NCBI GenBank assembly: GCA_028286565.1
Contig: JAQBRH010000002.1
Location: forward strand, 17,876 to 81,875
Reading direction: 5' to 3'
Source of the DNA: Parcubacteria group bacterium
GTDB taxonomy: Bacteria > Patescibacteriota > Minisyncoccia > Phycocordibacterales > Zambryskibacteraceae
Length of the DNA stretch: 64,000 nucleotides
Position numbers and translations under genes: made by a program. Shown in pieces: positions 17,810 to 27,218 of this stretch; position 1 is the stretch's first letter; each line of letters begins with the position of its first letter. The notes beneath the pieces were generated by a model. It saw only the letters and a list, made by a program, of their open reading frames with translations. It did not search any database and was not told the origin of the DNA.

Positions 17810-18520
17810 CTATTTGACCAAGGTCGTATAGACGACGAGCCTCTGGTCATACGTCTTCTGTCCGGGCACCCAATCTCCGGTGCAGGTGACGAGGTTCAAG
17901 TGTATTCCGTCGGCGGATGTGAAGACCGAAGAGGTCGGCACATCCTGATACGGATACAAGATGGCCTCATCCACCCTGAAGTGAAGCGTGGTCCCGTCGC
18001 CTCGGGTGACGTACACATCATCTCCAGGCTTGAGATCTTCGAGGTGTTTGAAAACCCCCGAGAGAGCCAGGCCGTTGTCCACATGGCCGGCCATGACCGC
18101 ACTGCCTATTTCTCCGGGGACGGTTCCGGGTTTGTACCAAGAAACATCCGTGAAGTTATTCGGCGTCGCCATATTACCCTTGGCGTTTATCCCCACATGC
18201 TGGACGTTCGCATCGATCCCTAGAGAGGGGATCGCGAGGCGAGTCGGATAGGCAGACTGGACAACCGGTTTCGGTGCGATGATCGGTTTAGGTTTTGGAG
18301 GTATGACTGCTGTGCTCGGCTTGGTACTTGTAGATGCCGTCACCACTTCTCTTTCTGCAACGGCGATGGTGTTTGCTTCTACTGCTACAGGTGTGAAGGA
18401 GACGGTCCTCGAATCCTCATTGGCCGCATAGAAGACGGATCCGAAAAGGGTATATCCGAAGGTGAGGAGAGCGAGGAGGATGATGCCGATCCCTATTGTT
18501 CTTTTGGTGCTCGTGTTCAT
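17810..18520 (-). CDS. Class F sortase
   Basis: P.RL.IPSLG, PGEIGSAVMAGHVD, LNLVTC, R-LVVY. Confidence 0.9.
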   Translation of the reverse strand: MNTSTKRTIGIGIILLALLTFGYTLFGSVFYAANEDSRTVSFTPVAVEANTIAVAEREVVTASTSTKPSTAVIPPKPKPIIAPKPVVQSAYPTRLAIPSLGIDANVQHVGINAKGNMATPNNFTDVSWYKPGTVPGEIGSAVMAGHVDNGLALSGVFKHLEDLKPGDDVYVTRGDGTTLHFRVDEAILYPYQDVPTSSVFTSADGIHLNLVTCTGDWVPGQKTYDQRLVVYTTLVK

Positions 18521-18608
18521 GTAGTGTTGCGTTTACTTTACCAAACAACGGGGCTCGTGAGAGCTCCCGTAGTTCGGCCTAAGAGCGGATGCTCTTTGTT
18601 ATGTGAGG

Positions 18609-19280
18609 TTATCTAGCGTATTTTCGTGTGTAAGCGAGTCCGAGACCTGCGACTGCGATCGATCCGATAAGGAGAGCGATATTAGTCGTGGCTGCTCCTC
18701 CGAATCCGGTGTTAGGAATACCTGGGACCGGAACCGGGACGGGGGTGACTGCTACTCCGCCGACACCGACGACTGCTGGGAGGCCGGTCGAGACTGCGGT
18801 AGCGGGAACTGATGCGGTGTTGATGCTGAACTGGTAGGTGCCTCCTGCTGGAAGGTTCGATGCAATGTTACATTCGATAAGGAGGTTCAGCGCGGTTCCT
18901 CGAGCGATGATCATTGGTGAATCGAATACGATCGAGTTAGCGCCTGATGAGAGGTTCGCGATCGCGTTCGTGCCGCTGTTCAAGTTGTTCGAAGGGGTGA
19001 CAGAGTTCACTGCGTGGCAGCTCGTCAAGCTTGTTGCGGTTCCTCCGTTGCCTGAAGTGAGGACGATCGGAAGGCTGGCGAGGCGGATATCATCTGTTGA
19101 AGCCGTTGCGTCCAATCGAACGTTTGCCAAGACCACGTTTTGAGCTCCGGCGTTGATAGCTGAAGCGACCCCTGCGGTCTGAAGCTGAACAAGAAGGCTA
19201 GGACCGGCGACCTGGGCGCTTGCTCCTGAAGAGAAGGCGAAAAAGGCGGCGATCACTGGGATGATTAAGAGTTTCTTCAT
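18609..19280 (-). CDS. Sortase substrate surface protein (IPNTG sorting signal)
   Basis: Signal peptide; C-terminal PVPVP linker, IPNTG, TM, RKYAR tail. Confidence 0.8.
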   Translation of the reverse strand: MKKLLIIPVIAAFFAFSSGASAQVAGPSLLVQLQTAGVASAINAGAQNVVLANVRLDATASTDDIRLASLPIVLTSGNGGTATSLTSCHAVNSVTPSNNLNSGTNAIANLSSGANSIVFDSPMIIARGTALNLLIECNIASNLPAGGTYQFSINTASVPATAVSTGLPAVVGVGGVAVTPVPVPVPGIPNTGFGGAATTNIALLIGSIAVAGLGLAYTRKYAR

Positions 19281-19367
19281 TATAATGATGAGTTAATTAG
19301 ATACTAATCCAAACAAGGCTTCTTACAATTGTATGTGGGTGTTTAAGGCCTTGTTCTTAAATCCAAG

Positions 19368-19394
19368 AGACGTTGCCCCGCTCTGCTTCTTACA
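19368..19394 (-). promoter_or_regulatory. ECF-type promoter
   Basis: TGTAAG-N16-CGTCT upstream of sortase substrate. Confidence 0.65.
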
Positions 19395-19449
19395 GTGTTT
19401 ATAAGCTCATCCGTGTTGTGGTTTATTCGTCCTCGCATATAATGAAGAA

Positions 19450-19590
19450 ATGAAGAAAGCAGTTTACTCTATCCTCGCTGTCGCTTTGGTACTGCTGCTC
19501 GCCGCCTTTCTCAACGTTCTCGTGGCGGAGAAGCGGGCCACCGCCCCGGTGATCGCTCCGTTTTCCTCGAATTCATCAAACAGCATCTAG
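19450..19590 (+). CDS. Small single-TM protein (46 aa, not in ORF track)
   Basis: TATAAT 6 nt upstream; MKKAVYSILAVALVLLLAAFLNVLVAEKRATAP... Confidence 0.6.
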   Translation: MKKAVYSILAVALVLLLAAFLNVLVAEKRATAPVIAPFSSNSSNSI

Positions 19591-19648
19591 GGTTTCTGAG
19601 GCCTCTCTTGTACGGGCTCCTCGGGCGTGTCCGAATATGCTATCCACA

Positions 19649-19677
19649 TAGACTGGTGAACTCGGGTTCACTATACT
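19649..19677 (+). promoter_or_regulatory. Sigma-70 promoter with LexA box in spacer
   Basis: TAGACT-N17-TATACT; palindrome GTGAAC-tcgg-GTTCAC at 19656-19671 matches GAAC-N4-GTTC. Confidence 0.75.
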
Positions 19678-19704
19678 GAACAAAGTCAGTTAATCAGCAA
19701 CACC

Positions 19705-19911
19705 ATGAGCAAACACAACGTAGAAAAAATGTTACGAACAGAGCTCGAAGCTCTGAACAACACGATCGACATGAAGATCGTCCGGGGCCAGTCGTACGTG
19801 CGAGAGGCCCGGGCGCACAAGTATCTCTTGGCGAGGATCAGCCAGATGAGGAAGGTCGCTCGCGGCGGATTCTTCCAGAAGCTTTCATTCGTTCCCACTC
19901 TTTTCCTCTAG
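19705..19911 (+). CDS. Small basic hypothetical protein, first gene of lexA operon
   Basis: 68 aa; 3 nt before lexA start. Confidence 0.7.
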   Translation: MSKHNVEKMLRTELEALNNTIDMKIVRGQSYVREARAHKYLLARISQMRKVARGGFFQKLSFVPTLFL

Positions 19912-19914
19912 CCC

Positions 19915-20484
19915 ATGCAGGAACACACAGACAAAATTCAAAAGATCACCGGTTTCTACAAGAGGCACAAGCGCATGCCCGGCTACCAGGAGATCATGAA
20001 CTTGGTCGGCTTCAAGTCGAAGAACGCGGTCTTTAAGCTGATCAATCGATTGGTCGAAGAGGGGATCGTGAGGAAAGATTCACAAGGCAGGCTCACGCCG
20101 GCCCGAGCCTTTGATGAAGTGCCTCTCCTCGGACTCGTCGAAGCGGGGTTCCCAACGGTTGCCGAGGAAGGTACGGACACGCTTTCGCTTGACGACTATC
20201 TGATCGAGCACAAAGAATCTACGTATCTCCTCGAAGTGAAAGGGGATTCGATGATCGACGAGGGGATCAAAGAAGGCGACCTCGTCATCGCCGAGCGAAA
20301 AGGCGAAGCCAAGGACGGGGACATTGTCATCGCCGAGATCGACGGCGGCTGGACCATGAAATATTTTCGTAAGCGCGGCGGCAAAGTCTACCTCGAAGCC
20401 GCAAACCCGCGTTTCAAACCCATGTATCCAAAATATGATTTCAAGATCGCTGCTATTGTGAAGGGGGTGATCAGGAAGTATTAG
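19915..20484 (+). CDS. lexA: LexA repressor (S24 peptidase)
   Basis: N-terminal wHTH (MPGYQEI), cleavage site EAG.P, catalytic GDSM and TMK. Confidence 0.9.
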   Translation: MQEHTDKIQKITGFYKRHKRMPGYQEIMNLVGFKSKNAVFKLINRLVEEGIVRKDSQGRLTPARAFDEVPLLGLVEAGFPTVAEEGTDTLSLDDYLIEHKESTYLLEVKGDSMIDEGIKEGDLVIAERKGEAKDGDIVIAEIDGGWTMKYFRKRGGKVYLEAANPRFKPMYPKYDFKIAAIVKGVIRKY

Positions 20485-20569
20485 TGCACCAAACCGGGCA
20501 GCTCATACGTATCTAATATGTAAGCCAATTTTGGCTTTTGTTTTTTAGAAACTGATCAATACCCACACA

Positions 20570-21586
20570 ATGAAAGCACTCAAAACATTATTACTTTCCC
20601 TCATCCTGACCGTACTCGGATTCTCGGCCTATAATCCAATGCATGCCTTTGCCTTTGCCGGAAGCCAGTCGTCGAACTGGTCGGGCTACGTGGCCACGGA
20701 CGGCCCGTACACGGCGGTGAACGGCTCATGGACCGTGCCCGTCGTTCCTCCTTCGAACAGCCACCTCGTCAGCGCCGAATGGATCGGTATAGGAGGTATC
20801 AACTCGACCGACCTTATCCAGATAGGGACCGAAGCGATCTCGGACAACAATTATTCGAGGTACGTCGCCTGGTACGAGATCTTGCCCGCAAACCCGGTCA
20901 CCATTCCCATGGCGGTTCACGGCGGAGATTCAATGACCTCGTCCCTCAACCTCATCGGCCAGGACCTCTGGAGACTGACCATCAAGAACAACACGACCGG
21001 AGAGGATTATTCGACCACTCTTTCATATGCCTCGACCCTCTCATCAGCAGAGTGGATCGAAGAGCGCCCGAAAGACGTTGACCATTTCCTCACGCTCACG
21101 AATTTTGGACGGGTAGACTTCACCGGAAGCACCGCCGTACAGAACGGAGCATTCGTTCCTCTGCGAGACACGAACGCCGGGGCGATGACCATGATCGAAG
21201 GCTCTCGCGTCCTGGCGCGGGCGACGGGATTCAATGCGGACGGGCAAAGTTTCTCCGTCTACCAGCCTGAGAACCCGACTCCATTGCCGATCCCGACCCA
21301 AACTCCCGTAGCGTCCGTAGTCCAGTCTTCTTCTCAAGCCTCCGCGAGGATCATCACGGTTGTCGCCGCTCCGCAGAAAGTGATTGTGTCTCCCGCAGCC
21401 GGCGTGAGCATGCCGAACATGCAGGGCTCGTATGTGACCTATTACACATCCGCCGGTACTCCGATCAGGCTTTACACCGCGGCCGCAAACTCCGCAGTGA
21501 CTAAATCTATAGCGAAGAAAAAGATCGCCCCGCTGAAGAAAGTAATAAAAAAAGCCGTTACTAAAAAAGTTGTAGCGAAAAAATAA
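20570..21586 (+). CDS. Secreted G1 (formerly A4) glutamic peptidase
   Basis: SSNWSGY, WIGIGG, LIQIGT, SAEWIEERP; Lys-rich C-tail. Confidence 0.85.
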   Translation: MKALKTLLLSLILTVLGFSAYNPMHAFAFAGSQSSNWSGYVATDGPYTAVNGSWTVPVVPPSNSHLVSAEWIGIGGINSTDLIQIGTEAISDNNYSRYVAWYEILPANPVTIPMAVHGGDSMTSSLNLIGQDLWRLTIKNNTTGEDYSTTLSYASTLSSAEWIEERPKDVDHFLTLTNFGRVDFTGSTAVQNGAFVPLRDTNAGAMTMIEGSRVLARATGFNADGQSFSVYQPENPTPLPIPTQTPVASVVQSSSQASARIITVVAAPQKVIVSPAAGVSMPNMQGSYVTYYTSAGTPIRLYTAAANSAVTKSIAKKKIAPLKKVIKKAVTKKVVAKK

Positions 21587-21633
21587 CAACCCCCGCTTCG
21601 GCGGGGTTTTGTGTAGCATAAAAAAGCCGCCTC

Positions 21634-22248
21634 TTATCGAGGCGGCCCCGCAAGGCGGGTGATGAATCGGGCGGCGAACTCGTACTCTTCTTTTTGGAGA
21701 TACCCGATCTGGTGCACCACCGTTCTGACCATATACGCACCTTGGGAAAAATCATAGCGCGTCGAGCCGCTCTGATTCATTGGTTCGTATACTGCACCCT
21801 TGACGAAGGTTGGGGCATATCCGAAGAACATGGCTGCGAGGTCGACGAGCTCTTCCTTATCGTGAAGCGGATGCTTGGTAGAGGTCAGCACCAGATGGGA
21901 CATCTCATGGGCAAGCGCGAATACGATCGCTTCGAACGAAGCTTCGGCAAGGAAGTTTCGCTGGATATGCAAGATCGCGATCCACTCGCTGAAGGCAGGC
22001 GTCCCGTATAATGCCCATGGGGGAGGGAGGGTTATCCAAGCGGGTACATGTTTCTTGCCGCCTGAATTTACATACCCGATCCGAAGCCTCATATCTAACT
22101 TGAGGCTCCGAGCCACCCAAAGCGCCATACCTGAGTGGTCTTTTGCCTCAAGCTTCGTTCGCAAAGGAGCTATGTTCAGAGCGGGCCGGGGCGGACCGTA
22201 ATGTTGCAGGAGACTGAAAAGCCACATCCGTATCTCTCTTTCTCGCAC
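21634..22248 (-). CDS. HExxH zinc-dependent protein
   Basis: LAHEMSH, E...DL.A...G, IGYL; AAGGAG SD. Confidence 0.7.
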   Translation of the reverse strand: MREREIRMWLFSLLQHYGPPRPALNIAPLRTKLEAKDHSGMALWVARSLKLDMRLRIGYVNSGGKKHVPAWITLPPPWALYGTPAFSEWIAILHIQRNFLAEASFEAIVFALAHEMSHLVLTSTKHPLHDKEELVDLAAMFFGYAPTFVKGAVYEPMNQSGSTRYDFSQGAYMVRTVVHQIGYLQKEEYEFAARFITRLAGPPR

Positions 22249-22325
22249 AGAGCTCCTTGGCTAGGCGTGTCTGTAATCTATTTAACTCATTTTTTATAGA
22301 ATGTCAATTCGTGCTATGCTATATA

Positions 22326-22353
22326 GGTAATCCAAATGGTAACTAACCCGTCT
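22326..22353 (+). promoter_or_regulatory. ECF-type promoter
   Basis: GGTAAT-N17-CGTCT. Confidence 0.5.
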
Positions 22354-22361
22354 GTATACAT

Positions 22362-22835
22362 ATGAACAACGCTGTAAAAATTCTTTTGGGAGCCCTCGCC
22401 CTCGTCCTATTGGTGGTGGTGTGGAAAAGTGCATCGGTCCGGGACAGCCTCAATATCGGAATAGATGAGACTTCGACCACCACCTCTGCAACTTCCACTC
22501 CAAGCATAAACATCGGCCTGAACCAAAACGGCCAGATCAGCGGCCACATCACCCTTTCTCCGGTGTGCCCAGTGGAGAGGATGCCTCCTGATCCGCTGTG
22601 CGCTCCTAAAGGATTTGAAACCACGGTAGTCATTCGATTCTCAGAAGGCAGGGAAGTAGCGAGGATCAAGACTGATACTCAAGGCGAATACAGCGCTTGG
22701 GTGCCGGGAGGCAGAGACTACGATGTCTCTCCAGAGGGCGGAGCGGTCTATCCGCGATGCGAGACCAAGACGGTGAGCGTAAAAGCAGGAGCGAATACCA
22801 TTGCAAATATCTCCTGTGATACGGGAATTCGCTAG
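22362..22835 (+). CDS. Secreted protein with carboxypeptidase-regulatory-like beta-sandwich (CPVER motif)
   Basis: TM; G.I.LSPVCPVER...C; CDTGIR end. Confidence 0.75.
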   Translation: MNNAVKILLGALALVLLVVVWKSASVRDSLNIGIDETSTTTSATSTPSINIGLNQNGQISGHITLSPVCPVERMPPDPLCAPKGFETTVVIRFSEGREVARIKTDTQGEYSAWVPGGRDYDVSPEGGAVYPRCETKTVSVKAGANTIANISCDTGIR

Positions 22836-22843
22836 GGACCGGT

Positions 22844-22870
22844 TGAAAGATTCAAGATAGAACCGCGTCT
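22844..22870 (+). promoter_or_regulatory. ECF-type promoter
   Basis: TGAAAG-N16-CGTCT. Confidence 0.65.
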
Positions 22871-22921
22871 ATTGCATATAGAGACCGCGTGCGGTCTTCA
22901 TACTTAATCCATCAACTCATC

Positions 22922-23755
22922 ATGAAAAAGTTACATCCTTATGTCATTGCCGCGCTGTACGCGATCGCGGTCTTCCCGCTCGCGAATCTCGGCGCGGCGA
23001 CCCTTGATAAGTCGAAGATCCAAATTACCGACTGGCCTGTCCAGGTGGACGCTGCGGCTGATACGAACTCAAATACTACTCCAACCTCAAATGCCGGGAG
23101 CGGACAGGGATCATCCGGAAATGTCTCAGGCTCTTCTAATTCATCTGTAAATATGAACGCCGGATCAGGCCGATTTGACCTCAGCTCTGACTCATCCGCA
23201 AGGATCAATGTGAGCGACAGCGAACCCATCAGCATTGATCGGGGAACAGAAAGCCAAACCGCGGATACCGCATCCGTTTCCGGCACTTCGAATTCATCGG
23301 TAACATTTGACCGAGTCTCAACAGAGAATGATCTTAGGTCATTTATGGCTGCGTCGCTTACGAACGATGAAGATCTCCAAGGCATGACCTTCACGAACAA
23401 TGCGGTGGAAGTCTCATACAAAGCTCCGGGCAAGTTCCTCGCCCTTATCCCTATGTATCTCACCACTACCGCCCGAGTCGACGCGAGCGGCGATGTATCC
23501 GTGAGGTATCCGTGGTATAGCTTCCTGGTAAAGAACGATACGAACACCGATCTTGCGACCTCCATCAAAACGGAGATCCAGTCGATGATAAGCGCAAACG
23601 GAGGCACGCTGACCGCGGGACAAGCCGCAGCCATCGCCTCCCGCATCCACGCTATCTTCAAGGGCGATGCGACCGCGCCGAATACAGCTTCGAATGCTTC
23701 GGGCTCATACGGGAACTCAACCTCTACTTCGGCCACGAGCACCTCTGGACGATAA
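22922..23755 (+). CDS. Secreted Ser/Thr-rich hypothetical protein
   Basis: Signal peptide, low-complexity linker, KFLALIP...YPWYSFL domain. Confidence 0.75.
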   Translation: MKKLHPYVIAALYAIAVFPLANLGAATLDKSKIQITDWPVQVDAAADTNSNTTPTSNAGSGQGSSGNVSGSSNSSVNMNAGSGRFDLSSDSSARINVSDSEPISIDRGTESQTADTASVSGTSNSSVTFDRVSTENDLRSFMAASLTNDEDLQGMTFTNNAVEVSYKAPGKFLALIPMYLTTTARVDASGDVSVRYPWYSFLVKNDTNTDLATSIKTEIQSMISANGGTLTAGQAAAIASRIHAIFKGDATAPNTASNASGSYGNSTSTSATSTSGR

Positions 23756-23772
23756 CGCTTCCCATTTTGATT

Positions 23773-23800
23773 TAAAACTCCCCGCAGAGCGGGGAGTTTT
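23773..23800 (+). terminator. Intrinsic terminator
   Basis: AAAACTCCCCGC-aga-GCGGGGAGTTTT. Confidence 0.75.
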
Positions 23801-24135
23801 CATATCCACACCCGGCTGGTTGTAGAAGAGCGGGGAGTATGGTATATTGTAGGGGTCAACCTCAGGTGGAAAATGACCAGGCTGCGATGCGGCACTAACC
23901 CTTCTTCCCCTAGAGGATTCAGAAATTCCGAGGATACCCGATCGGCTTTACGGATTGTCTGTCCCTAAAGTTCTTACATACATACGCGAGTGCTGAGCCG
24001 TTATGCCAAACTCTTTTGGCCTTCTCTACTCGTAACCAGGCGTTTTCATTGCTCTTTTACGTACATCAACTTGTATTGTGTTTGCGTTATTTTCTGCGCC
24101 TTACACACCGCATTATTCACTAGCTTATTGTGCAT

Positions 24136-24657
24136 ATGAAAACTCTCACTGTTGCGGAACAGTTTCAAGAAATATACGAATCCGAACTCGGCGCCATTTA
24201 TCGATTTTGCCTGATGCGAACGTCCGACCCGGAAGTCGCCTCGGACTTCAGCCAGGACGTCTTTCTGCGTTTTTGGAAAGCCTTGCTCGATAATCAGATC
24301 ATTAAAAATCCTCGAAGCTTTCTCTATACGATCGCCCGAAACATTATTATCGACGGATATAGGAAGAAAAAGACCTTATCGCTCGACGCCATCCTTTCGG
24401 ATGCGGGGGATGACAAGTCGGCGGTTGCGTCAACTCATTTGGACGCCATAGAGACCGAATGCGAAGCGGGCCGAGTCACCAAAGGCATGGAAGCTCTGGA
24501 CGAGCCGTATCGACGCGCGCTCCACATGCGCTACATCGAAGGATTGAAGCCTCGAGAGATCGCCACTATTCTCCAGGAATCCGCAAACGTCATCTCTGTC
24601 CGCATATCCCGCGGGGCAGAGCGGCTACGCAGTTCGATGGGCTATGCGAACGCTTAG
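24136..24657 (+). CDS. ECF sigma factor
   Basis: D..QDVFLRFW, FLYTIARN.IID.YR, region 4 L....EGL...EIA......V.VR.SR; no adjacent anti-sigma. Confidence 0.92.
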   Translation: MKTLTVAEQFQEIYESELGAIYRFCLMRTSDPEVASDFSQDVFLRFWKALLDNQIIKNPRSFLYTIARNIIIDGYRKKKTLSLDAILSDAGDDKSAVASTHLDAIETECEAGRVTKGMEALDEPYRRALHMRYIEGLKPREIATILQESANVISVRISRGAERLRSSMGYANA

Positions 24658-25403
24658 CGCTTGATGAAAGACTCTACTCCGTCCCACCATCCGTCTCCGT
24701 CAGTGTCGCGCTTGTCTGCATTTGTTTTAACGCACGAAGCGCTTACTCCGACGAACGAGCACTCTTCGACTTCGTCCGGAAGTCCGTCGAGGTCTCGGTC
24801 GTTCACTCTAAAGCGGAGGCGGGCATCGAGTCCGGCCGGGTTGACCTTCGGGTCCTTGGCATCATAGAGCGCATATGTGATCTCGTTGGGAAAGGTGTAC
24901 GAAAGAACTTTCGGTACGCCTTTTTCATCGCGGGAGAAATAGATCACCTGTCGGACGAGTGCGCGGGCGAGGTCGGAGGTCTCCGTATGGAAGGATGTCG
25001 AGAGGATGATCTGCTTTGCATCGAACAACATGTGCGTAAAGTCCGCTTCCTTGAATGTGGAACCTATGTCGTATGCGGAATCCATCAGCTTGTTGCATTC
25101 GGCCGTTTTTGCCTTGTCCGCGCAGGTGGTGGAAAGTTCTTGAGTGACGGTCTTTACTCCGCTGATGTCGTGTTTATGAAGGAAGCCCAGATACGTCTGG
25201 AATACGCCCCATGCCTCATGGGCGAGAGCTTTGTCCGCGCCGCCTGCGAGCGTCGGGATCTCCGTCGGGGTGAAGGAAGACTCCGGTGTCTGCGCAGCCG
25301 TTGTGGCTCGGCTTGTAAGAAAGTTTAATTTGCCCGTCCTATACGAATAGCCGGCGAATCCGACGAGAGCGAGAACGATGACCGCGATGATTATTTTTTT
25401 CAT
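24654..25403 (-). CDS. Secreted protein with Ca-binding DxDxDG repeats
   Basis: DRDLDGLPD, DTDGDGWWDG; start MKKII with TGaTATAAT 7 nt upstream. Confidence 0.7.
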   Translation of the reverse strand: MKKIIIAVIVLALVGFAGYSYRTGKLNFLTSRATTAAQTPESSFTPTEIPTLAGGADKALAHEAWGVFQTYLGFLHKHDISGVKTVTQELSTTCADKAKTAECNKLMDSAYDIGSTFKEADFTHMLFDAKQIILSTSFHTETSDLARALVRQVIYFSRDEKGVPKVLSYTFPNEITYALYDAKDPKVNPAGLDARLRFRVNDRDLDGLPDEVEECSFVGVSASCVKTNADKRDTDGDGWWDGVESFIKR

Positions 25404-25439
25404 GAGATTAATTATATCAAGGTCGATCCCGCCCATCCG

Positions 25440-25468
25440 TTGACAAGAATGCGCCTAATTGCTATAAT
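25440..25468 (+). promoter_or_regulatory. Consensus sigma-70 promoter
   Basis: TTGACA-N17-TATAAT with TG extension. Confidence 0.85.
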
Positions 25469-25478
25469 TCTTTTAAAC

Positions 25479-26708
25479 ATGTATCAAAAAAGATCTAGTG
25501 GGCGAAGCGCCCATACAAGCGGTCCGAGCCGAAGCTCATCAAGACCCATGGGAGGCCCCGCACGCAGAAGCTTTGCTCCTCGACGCACCCCCCGCCACAC
25601 CGGCCAATATCTCGATCCAAAACTCTTTATCAACAAGGGTATCATTGTCGAAGAGTTCGATCATTTCGTGCCCGAGCACGCTTTCGAGGATTTTCTTATT
25701 GAAGAGAAATTAAAGAAGAATATCACTGATAAAGGCTATGTCGCACCGACATCGATCCAGGACCGCACCATCCCTCATATTCTGAAAGGCCAGGACGTGG
25801 TAGGGATCGCGAACACAGGCACCGGCAAGACCGCCGCCTTCCTCATCCCGCTTGTGAACAAGATGCTCAAGGATCCGAAGGGCTCTGTTCTCATCGTCGT
25901 CCCTACCCGCGAACTCGCCACTCAGATCAACGACGAACTAAAAGGATTCGCTCCGGGTACGGGCCTTTTTTCCGTCGTATGCGTGGGCGGTACGCCGATG
26001 GGCCCTCAGCTCCGCGACCTCAAATATAAGAACCACTTCATCATCGGCACTCCCGGACGCTTGAAGGATCTCATCGAGCGACGAGCTCTCGACCTTACCC
26101 AGACGGCTTCGGTCGTTCTCGATGAAGCCGATCGCATGCTCGACATGGGATTCATGCCCGACATGAAATTCATCATGGGCCTCTTGCCTCATGATCGCCA
26201 GACGCTTTTCTTCTCCGCCACCATGTCCAAAGAGATCGAGAAGCTTATTCATGAATTCCTAAGAGAACCGGTCTCCATCTCCGTGAAGACCCAGGATACC
26301 TCGAAGAACGTCGATCAGGACATCGTTCGCATGAAAGCGGGGGAGGACAAGCTTCAGGCCCTTGAAGATCTCCTTCGACAATCCGGATTCGACAAGGTCC
26401 TCATCTTCGGCCGCACCAAGCACGGCGTGGAAAGGCTCGCGAAGACCCTCACGGTCCGCGGGCTCTCCGCCGACTCGATCCACGGAGACAAGAGCCAGGG
26501 CCAGCGACAGCGCGCCTTGGACGCCTTCAAGCAGAACAAGATCCGCATCCTCGTCGCGACCGATGTGGCTGCCCGAGGACTCGATATCCCGAAAGTCTCT
26601 CACGTCATCAACTACGATGTCCCGGCGACCTATGAGGACTATATTCACCGCATCGGACGAACGGGGCGCGCAGGCCAGGTAGGCAAGGCCCTCACCTTCA
26701 TCGAGTAA
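25479..26708 (+). CDS. DEAD-box RNA helicase
   Basis: TGTGKT, PTRELA, TPGR, DEAD, SAT, HRIGRTGR. Confidence 0.97.
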   Translation: MYQKRSSGRSAHTSGPSRSSSRPMGGPARRSFAPRRTPRHTGQYLDPKLFINKGIIVEEFDHFVPEHAFEDFLIEEKLKKNITDKGYVAPTSIQDRTIPHILKGQDVVGIANTGTGKTAAFLIPLVNKMLKDPKGSVLIVVPTRELATQINDELKGFAPGTGLFSVVCVGGTPMGPQLRDLKYKNHFIIGTPGRLKDLIERRALDLTQTASVVLDEADRMLDMGFMPDMKFIMGLLPHDRQTLFFSATMSKEIEKLIHEFLREPVSISVKTQDTSKNVDQDIVRMKAGEDKLQALEDLLRQSGFDKVLIFGRTKHGVERLAKTLTVRGLSADSIHGDKSQGQRQRALDAFKQNKIRILVATDVAARGLDIPKVSHVINYDVPATYEDYIHRIGRTGRAGQVGKALTFIE

Positions 26709-26730
26709 GAACCGCACTCGGCGTTCGTCT
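26704..26730 (+). promoter_or_regulatory. ECF-type promoter
   Basis: AGTAAG-N16-CGTCT. Confidence 0.6.
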
Positions 26731-26765
26731 CCAAAACTATCCATACTCATCCATAACGAACTTTC

Positions 26766-27155
26766 ATGCCCTTACTCTTTCTCCTTGGCCGTGTGATCTT
26801 CGCCGTTTATTTCCTCGAAGCGGCTTATAACCACATCATCAACACGAACACTCTCGTCGGCTATGCACAATCAAAGGGAGTGCCCGAACCCCGCGCGGCC
26901 ATCATCCTTTCAGGATTCCTTCTTGCATTCGGCGGCGTGTCCGTCCTCTTCGGCGTCGCTCCTCGCGCCGGCCTTGCGGCTATCATTTTGTTCCTCCTCC
27001 CGGTTACTTATATGATGCATGCCTTTTGGAAGGAGACCGATCCGAAGCAGCGCCACCACGAGAAGATGGCCTTCCTAAAAAACCTCATGATCCTCGGCGC
27101 CTGCCTCATGCTCCTCTCCGTTCGCACCCCATGGGTCGCATCGCTCGGCGCATAA
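26766..27155 (+). CDS. DoxX family membrane protein
   Basis: LGR....YF, H.FW, FLKNL...G. Confidence 0.88.
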   Translation: MPLLFLLGRVIFAVYFLEAAYNHIINTNTLVGYAQSKGVPEPRAAIILSGFLLAFGGVSVLFGVAPRAGLAAIILFLLPVTYMMHAFWKETDPKQRHHEKMAFLKNLMILGACLMLLSVRTPWVASLGA

Positions 27156-27183
27156 AAGTTTCCGCTCTGCACCATACTCAAGA

Positions 27184-27210
27184 GGTAAGGTACCTCTCCA
27201 AAAAACGTTT
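27184..27210 (+). promoter_or_regulatory. ECF-type promoter
   Basis: GGTAAG-N16-CGTTT. Confidence 0.55.
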
Positions 27211-27218
27211 ATATATGC

